Below are positions 57,136 to 64,000 of a stretch of 64,000 nucleotides of DNA, piece after piece (within the stretch, counting starts at the first letter, position 1; each line of letters begins with the position of its first letter). The notes under the pieces are model-generated. The model had not been told where the DNA came from. It saw only the letters and a program-made list of their open reading frames with translations, and made no database searches. The stretch spans positions 3,782,001 through 3,846,000 of the forward strand of contig OZ361260.1 in NCBI GenBank assembly GCA_977018835.1, written 5' to 3'. A program made the position numbers and the translations under genes. The DNA comes from Minutocellus sp. GHC0000111. Lineage: Eukaryota.

Positions 57136-58677
57136 ATGAGAACTGCAATTTGTAGGAGCTTGTCCCGCCGTGCGCTACTTTCACCGGAGACAGTGGCATC
57201 GATGCCACTACTCGCTACCGGCTCTGTGCGTGGCATCCAAACATCGAAGGCCGACCCTCTCTCCAAGGAATATAAATACTGGAATCGCGAAGAATCGAAA
57301 CATGGGGAGTATGCCTATCTGCTGGAAATGAGTCCCTGGAGTGTGAAACGAGAGGCAAGAATTGTATCACTCTCAGATCGAAATGACACTGCCAACGATG
57401 CCCTCCACAAGGGCAAGCTACCTTACTCGTCTCAACTACTGGGTGTCGGAGAGACCTTGGACGATGTGGAGCATCTGGCCGACCAAAAGCCCAATATTCT
57501 TTTTGTGTCGCCGTCATGCCCACGAGCCTGCAAGGTTCTTCCAAAAGTCCTGGAAGCATTCCCTGCGATTGAATGGGTGCATGTCAGATCAGCTGGCCTT
57601 GACTTCCTCAACCCCGAAGAGTTGCAGACGGATCTGTCTAAGAACATACCCTTTACCAATGCGAAAGGCCAATTCTCTTCGTCGTTGGCTGAGTACACAT
57701 TAATGTCGTGTTCGTATTTCGCGAAGGATTTACCTCGTCTGATGAGACAGAAGCAAGCACAAAACTGGGAGAAGTATGATGTAGAGGAGCTTCGTGGCAA
57801 GACGCTCGGGGTCGTCGGCTACGGAGACATCGGAAGAGCAACTGCAAAACTTGCCAATGCTTATGGGATGCGAGTGATCGCTCTTCGCCGTCATCCTGAG
57901 ATTTCCGCCAACGATCCTCTTTGCGATAAAGTTTTGGGGACTGGTAAAGCAGCACTAAATGAACTCATGGCCGAGAGCGATTATGTGGTTTGCTCTGCTC
58001 CATCCACAGTATCAACGCGTGGCATGGTAAATGAAGATGCGTTTGCTGCAGCAAAGGAGGGAATGGTGTTTATCAATTTGGGAAGAGGACCCGTCGTTGA
58101 TGAGAAAGCCATGATAAATGCGCTCAAATCTGGCCAGTTGAAGGGAGCTGCCCTCGATGTCTTCGCTGAGGAACCTCTCCCAAAAGGCCACGATCTCTGG
58201 GGCTTGGACAATGTTCTAATCAGCCCTCATAATATGGATCAGGTATGTGTGCATTTGAACGCAATATATGTATGTATGTATCGCTGGGATTTGACCGTTG
58301 GGATTCGTTCCAACGATCACCTAACTCGCCTACTAATGACATTCTTTGCTGATTTGTAGTATGTATGTATATGTAGGTATTTTTGATCTAAAAAATCTGT
58401 GTGCCTGCGCTGCGTACTATGAAAAGATTCCTAATTCTCATTTCCCTCTGTTTTCATCATTTGAATAATTTCATTCGATCGATGTAAAAACGTGACTGTG
58501 TGTTGTTGACTGCATCTGCATCTGTTCCTCTTTCCACGGCTCTTCCAAATTTGTGTGCACCTGTAGACGGAAACTTTTATGCACGAAGCAACATCATTCT
58601 TCCTGATGGAGAACCTTCCCCGATTCATTTGTGGAGAAGAATTGCTCAATCGAGTGGATGTGACGGCTGGCTATTAG
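57136..58677 (+). CDS. D-isomer-specific 2-hydroxyacid dehydrogenase
   Basis: GKTLGVVGYGDIG, FINLGRGPVVDE, GAALDVFAEEPLP and ISPHN. Intron at 58243-58566; last exon TETFMHEA...VDVTAGY*. Confidence 0.9.
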
Positions 58678-59629
58678 TTAGGATGGATTGCTGGATGGAA
58701 GATTTCTTTTTTGAACACCGTCGAGATCTCTAGATCTATTGTACTTTGAATGTTTAATTGAAATACTGGTACTGAAAAAGTCAACATTGTACCGGCAGTC
58801 TACACAGGCCTACAGCCCGTTCTCATCCACAAGCACAATGCAACACACAAAAGGATCGAAGCCGAGCTTATTGTCGTCAATAATTGAGGGTCTGAATTTT
58901 AAGCACGTATGCTTACTGGAACAAAAATGAATACCAGTTTGGAAACTGGCATTCTCGGCAAGTGTCAGAATGGTAACTGCCGGTGTTGGCTCATGCACAA
59001 TGATTATGTACTGGTAGATCTATCTACAATACAAGTTGCACTGTGCATCATATCTTGAATTTGCAAGCTACATGTACTGGTACAGTAGCAACATGATGCC
59101 GGCATAGCACAGATGCATGTACAGTTCATGACTTATATTTGCCAGAAGCAGCTAGCTAGATATTATTATTTATTCACTATATGTATTTAGTATCAGCTAA
59201 TGCCAATTTGTTGAGTATCAGCTCCGGCACTAATGTCGTCTGGACGTCTGGACCAGGTTTGGGCTGTGTTGCTTCACTATGTATATATATATTAGCGGGA
59301 CGACACCCACCACCACCATGCTTACCGGTACATGCTTAGGAGAAGGCAAAATCTAAAGTCCGCCCGCCTAAGCACCACATTGGATGTGCTCATAGGTGTC
59401 AGAGTGTCACGCACAATGTAGCTAGCTCTGTAGTAGCTATGTGAGCCCGGGTGCCCTCTGAAAAAATCGTCCACCGGTTGGCGAAAAGACGGGCGCCAAG
59501 GGCGTGTTTAGCAACCAAGTTCATGATGGGAAAAAGTAGTTTCAAATACATGCGGTTTGAATACGCTGTATGTAAGCCATGCAATTCATTTGTTGTTGTG
59601 TAGCAGCAGTGTAATTTCATTTTCTAATT

Positions 59630-61269
59630 TTATACATGCCCTGCTCCCATCTCTACATCCTCATCTCCATCGGTGGCCATCATGATCATTTGTTGGCGCT
59701 TGTCATCAGTTTCTGCTTTAACAGCTTCGGTCCTTGTCCTTTTCCTTGTTCTTGCCACCCGAGAGTTTCGCTCCCGCCTCTCCTCGACCTTTGGATTGGA
59801 TGCCCTCTCCTCAGCCTTGAACTGCGCCGTCTGTTGGGCCTCATGTCCCTTGACGCCCTGAGTCCGACGATCTTCCTTAACGCCCTCTTGGTGGGCTCGC
59901 TCTACAAACGATTCGTCGAGCCAACACAGATGCCGCCCCATCCATTCTTCACTAGCCAAATGTGTTGGTCCAAGATGTGATCTTCGAGTAAGTGCCACTT
60001 GGGCGTTATGCTAATGCCGATTGCCCGTGCTTGCTTGAGGGCACTTGCAATCAATGCTTCAAGCTCTCTCACAGCCTTCTTTGCCTCATCATCCCATTTC
60101 ATGTACCATTTCAGAAACCTGGAACATATTGCGTCAAAAGAGTGTGGAGCAAATTAGAGCAAGCTTTGCAGAGCTCTTTGATGTCGTCATCCGTCATGCC
60201 ATCTTCCTCGCGATTGTGCTCTAGGAGAGTTCCTTTGGTGGAGGTGTTATGGTGGATGAAATCTGTTGTCCTTGGTTTCTTCTTGTTGTTGCCATCAGAA
60301 ATATTAATAGATTAAGCTCTCCAGCATTCTGCCAGCACTGCCCTTATTTTACCTGAGTCGGCCGCCTCAATGCCGGCCTTTTTCAGGAAATGGAAGTGAG
60401 GGGCATCGTCATCCTCGGCATCATCGACAGCTCCCATCTCTGGCTCGCCATCACCGTGCTTCTTCTGACGATTCTTCTCAAAGTGCTGCTGCATGCATGC
60501 TTCATGTGTAGCGTCCTCTCTTGCAATATCAGCTTCGTCCTCATAACAGGGCACATAGTCCTCGTCTTCGTCGTCATCGTCCTCACTGATATCGCCGGCC
60601 TCCGTCGTGGTCAGGGTGCCCACCGTCCCAACATCGTCGTCATTGTCCCACCCATCGTCCTGGCCATTGTGCCCACCAGGGAACTTCTGGGCCTCGAGCA
60701 ACATCTGCCTGTTGATTTCGTAGTCCATCGCCGCACATCCCACCGACACATGTGGTGCGACCGACTTGAGGAATGCATTACATGCCTTCGTCAAATTGAG
60801 CCGCGGCGGCGGTGTTTCGAGGCGAAATTGTTGCTCGACCGTGACCATCCATGTCGAAAGCCATCCATCCATCATCATGGAGAGCGTCGGCTGCACGAGG
60901 ATTGATAGAACCGAGGCGAACAAACATGCTCTTTTTGTGTGGGGTTCGCTGAACGTCGTCGGCAAGGCAGTGTCTTGACACCATTTCATCCCATCCATTC
61001 TGGTTGTCTGTCCTCACAAAAAACACATGTGTGTCGCAGTCTTCGTGTTTCTTCTTCTTCAAACCCAAGATGCCCGCAGTGCACATGACGACGGCGCCGT
61101 ACATGATGGGACTGCATCCCAACACATTCATCAAGGAGTCGTTGTTGTTGCCGATGAAATTGTAGTAATGAAGTTCCTTTCTGCGAAGACGGACGAGCAG
61201 TTCAGCCTGCACCGCAATTCTGTCTGCGGTGTTGACCGCGGGATTGCGGCCGTTGTTTTTTTTGCTCAT
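59630..61269 (-). mobile_element. Degenerate DDE transposase relic with a Transib/RAG1/Chapaev-like C-terminal signature
   Basis: Frameshifted fragments include ITPKWHLLEDH...G.G...DESFVERAHQ. Termini not identified. Confidence 0.55.
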
Positions 61270-61641
61270 GGAGAATTATGGATCGAGACCAACGGGAATA
61301 TCACCAGGATGTCGGAAGTACCTGGTTGGTCTCGTGCCGTAATTCTCCCACACCAGCGCGAGATATCGCCTTCGTTCTGCACGTAGCGGCGGCAATTTGA
61401 ATTTTTGCCGCCATGGTGGCTCGCGTTGGGCGCGCCGGTCGGTTGCTTCGCGCGCCGGCCGGCCACCGAAAGTGCGACCAAAAGTATGCGAGTCATCCGG
61501 CTGGAAGATGGTCCTGTGGTTGTGAGACATTTTGCATTGGTCTGACCGTCAGCAACTTACACGGTGCGGTTTCATGTACTTCTGATGAAACAATTTCAGA
61601 CTTCAGACGAAGTACCGCAATGTATGTAGTAGAGTGGAACG

Positions 61642-62253
61642 ATGAAGCTCTCCCTTTCTCTGCTTGGACTCACCGTGGCAGCATTTGCTGAAGTGGGGGC
61701 ATTCTCCCTCATCACTTTCTCCCGCAGCCAGCACCATGCTCCCGCCGAAATCCAAAACCGGTTTGGCGGCAGCACAGCCCTTCAAATGTCCGACTTCGGA
61801 TCTGATTTTGGTTCTGCAATGCCAGAGAAGCCGGAACAGACATTGGAAGAAAAGCTGATGGAAAGTGCAACAACCTACATTGTTACGCTCGAAGGACAAC
61901 TTGCCGATGGTGTGGAGCCTCCAGAGGCCCTGGAGAAACTGCGGAGGGCGAGAGACGAGAAGGCGGATGCCAAAACATTGGCGGCGCGCACGTATGAGCT
62001 AATGATTGAGCAAGGTATGACGTACGACCAGGATCCAGAGACGGGCGTTCTGACACCGACAGAATGGGATATCACTGAAAACCTCGAAACTCCCGAGGTG
62101 AAAAAAGAATTTTCTTATTTGTATCAGTATGGCATTAATCTCATTGGACGCGGCTTATTGGACGAAGAGGACGGGAAAGAAATTGTGTTGGAGGGTTTAA
62201 TCAAAAGGACGGGAAAGACACCTGAAGAGTTTGATGCATGGCTTGGCTACTAG
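61642..62253 (+). CDS. Conserved hypothetical protein with a bipartite plastid-targeting presequence
   Basis: Signal peptide ending VGA-FS, a Ser/Thr-rich transit-like region ending STALQM, then an acidic mature domain. Confidence 0.65.
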   Translation: MKLSLSLLGLTVAAFAEVGAFSLITFSRSQHHAPAEIQNRFGGSTALQMSDFGSDFGSAMPEKPEQTLEEKLMESATTYIVTLEGQLADGVEPPEALEKLRRARDEKADAKTLAARTYELMIEQGMTYDQDPETGVLTPTEWDITENLETPEVKKEFSYLYQYGINLIGRGLLDEEDGKEIVLEGLIKRTGKTPEEFDAWLGY

Positions 62254-62362
62254 CTACGCAGCTACATCGCTAGATTACATGTCCGTGGCAAGGTACTAGC
62301 TAAGATTTGATCGTCATAAACTATAAATAAGTACAGTACATGTAGAGATAGGCATATCGTCG

Positions 62363-64000
62363 TTACCAGGTTGAGCTAACACCATCAATCAAATGCTCTT
62401 GTATATCAGCTTTTGCTTTCCATCTTGCCAAGATGTTTTCGCTTGGAATTGCTGTGCACGACGTTGAGATGTTTTCGGGGCCCAGATGGTCTACACTCAA
62501 TGCACGCAAGCCAAGTGTAGCGATTAAAGCCGCTCCACGAGAAGTTGCTTCGTCTGTCTCTTCATCAACGACCACCTCAATTTGGCTGCAGTCTGCCAAC
62601 ATTTGCATCCAACATCGATTGTGCACAAGGCCGTTACCACTTGCAACGATTCGAGGGGGGTCATTTGCTTCATTTCCCATCTTGAACAATTTTTGAGCAC
62701 CGACAAGAAGTTCGAGGATGGCATTGATGCGCAGCACAACTCCCTCCAACATTGAAACAATTATTTCTTCTCGTGTCGTTTCCCTAGTGATACCGCATAT
62801 TCCCCCAGTCGCAAGAGATCGATAGCCAGTGCTCCGCTCTCCACTCAAAAAGGGATTTGTAGACAAATGGTGCATTGCCACCTTGCCTTGTTGTTGTTGT
62901 TTGCAATACTCTCCTTCGACTCTTTCCATCACTTTGTCAAATTCAATGTCATCTTGAAGCTGAAATATGGATCTCAGCCACTCAACGACTGATCCCCCAT
63001 CGGTCAGTGCCCCGCCAAGGAGGACGTGATGAGCATCGATTCGATAGCAGAACAACCCCTGCGGTATTGGGATAGAAGGGGGTGGATGACCTTTGTGCGG
63101 CACTTTGGACTCCACATAAGATGCAGAAACTCCTCCACACCATGCCATAAAATTGATTGGCAGGTGCAATATTATTCTAACAGCAGCTGATGTGCCGATG
63201 GAAACTGCTATGCGATCCAGGGTGGTACATTTGCTACCAGCATTTGCACAGGCACCGTCTCCAATACCGAGGAAAAGACGACAGAAATCATCTCGACGGT
63301 CATTTATTGTTTCATTGTCATCACTTTCGTCACACTGTCCTCGTAGCTCAGGCCATCGATCCCAATAAGTGGAGCTTCTCAAAATTTGCATGCCACGATC
63401 CGTAGGTGGAGCTGTATCAAAATCCATCGGAAGCGGAAGGGCTGCGATGCATTCTTTTGGCAGTAAGCGTTTCGTTTCTTCGTCCCAGCGTCCTATGCGG
63501 AAATTGAGCATGCCGGTCCACGAAGCCTCGGAGTACGAGATGGAACAGTGCCACGTCGAAGCTGTCCATTGGTCCAACGGTCGAGACACAAGCTCGCCAG
63601 GGTTGTCCATTTCTCGACTCTGCTGGCAAGTTCGGGACTATTATTGTAAAATACTCTTAATTGCGGAAGGGCATAAGCAGAGTGCAGCGGAGCACCCGTT
63701 CGTTGATACATGTCATCAAGTGCTTCCTTTGTCCTTAGCTTTTCACGGATCGCCTCGCATTCTCTTGCCACCTCGGGGGTGTTGCACGCATACGACAAGG
63801 TGGCATCGTTGCCTACCGGCTTTCCATTACGGTCGATTCCCACGAGATTCATCACAAATGTACTGAACGCCACGGCCGATACAATGTAGGACGACTTCGA
63901 CGCGCCATATTTCTTTCTTATTTTGTCCAATGTCGCATCGACACAACTATCAATATCATCTAACATGCACTGTTCATCGCCGCCATCATACTTTCTGTAT
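62363..64000 (-). CDS. FGGY-family carbohydrate kinase (gluconokinase/xylulokinase-like); 5' end outside window, frameshift at ~63543
   Basis: FSTFVMNLVGID, YQRTGAPLHSAY, SYSEASWTG, GIGDGACANAGS, SIGTSAAVR, PFLSGERSTG and EATSRGAA. Confidence 0.85.

Noticed and set aside
57136..58359. Dehydrogenase appears C-terminally truncated in the ORF track
   Set aside because: The missing end is a second exon at 58567-58677.
59400..61567. Possible TIRs for the Transib-like relic (CAGAGTGTC/GACATTTTG, or CACAATG at 59412 with CACGGTG at ~61561)
   Set aside because: Matches are short and imperfect, and no target-site duplication flanks either pair.
1..64000. rRNA or tRNA genes
   Set aside because: None recognised by eye; a covariance-model search would be needed to exclude them.

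Overview
Gene-dense eukaryotic nuclear DNA, most likely from a diatom. This is inferred from short GT-AG introns, a bipartite plastid-targeting presequence and domain types typical of diatoms. About 20 host genes are recognisable: TRAF-type Zn finger, PAC4-like, AP2/HMG/Zn-finger regulator, bacterial-like secreted hydrolase, Nup188-like, a mosaic FG-GAP/EGF/TSP3 surface protein, SulP-STAS-cNMP transporter, UBL-PUB-STI1-UIM, PTR/POT transporter, C2-domain protein, ankyrin protein, CSN5, D-2-hydroxyacid dehydrogenase and FGGY kinase. A transposon cluster at 46.2-55.9 kb holds three elements. (i) A Kolobok-type DNA transposon with 17-bp TIRs and a TTAA TSD, encoding a transposase and a convergent OB-fold/KolX-like ORF. 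(ii) An abutting piggyBac-like element that shares the same TTAA and carries a DEDDh exonuclease domain. (iii) A tyrosine-recombinase (DIRS/Ngaro-like) retrotransposon. The strongest signal is in the retrotransposon: TpA is almost eliminated over about 2.8 kb, and conserved Tyr codons read His or Cys (YVDD>HVDD, AYRR>ACRR, catalytic Y>H). This suggests a repeat-directed TA>CA/TG hypermutation system, RIP-like but with different chemistry. In contrast, intergenic DNA is enriched in short TA-bounded palindromes (TAGCTA, TACGTA, TACCTAGGTA), one of which frameshifts CSN5. All family assignments come from motif recognition by eye and all counts are manual; no searches were run.
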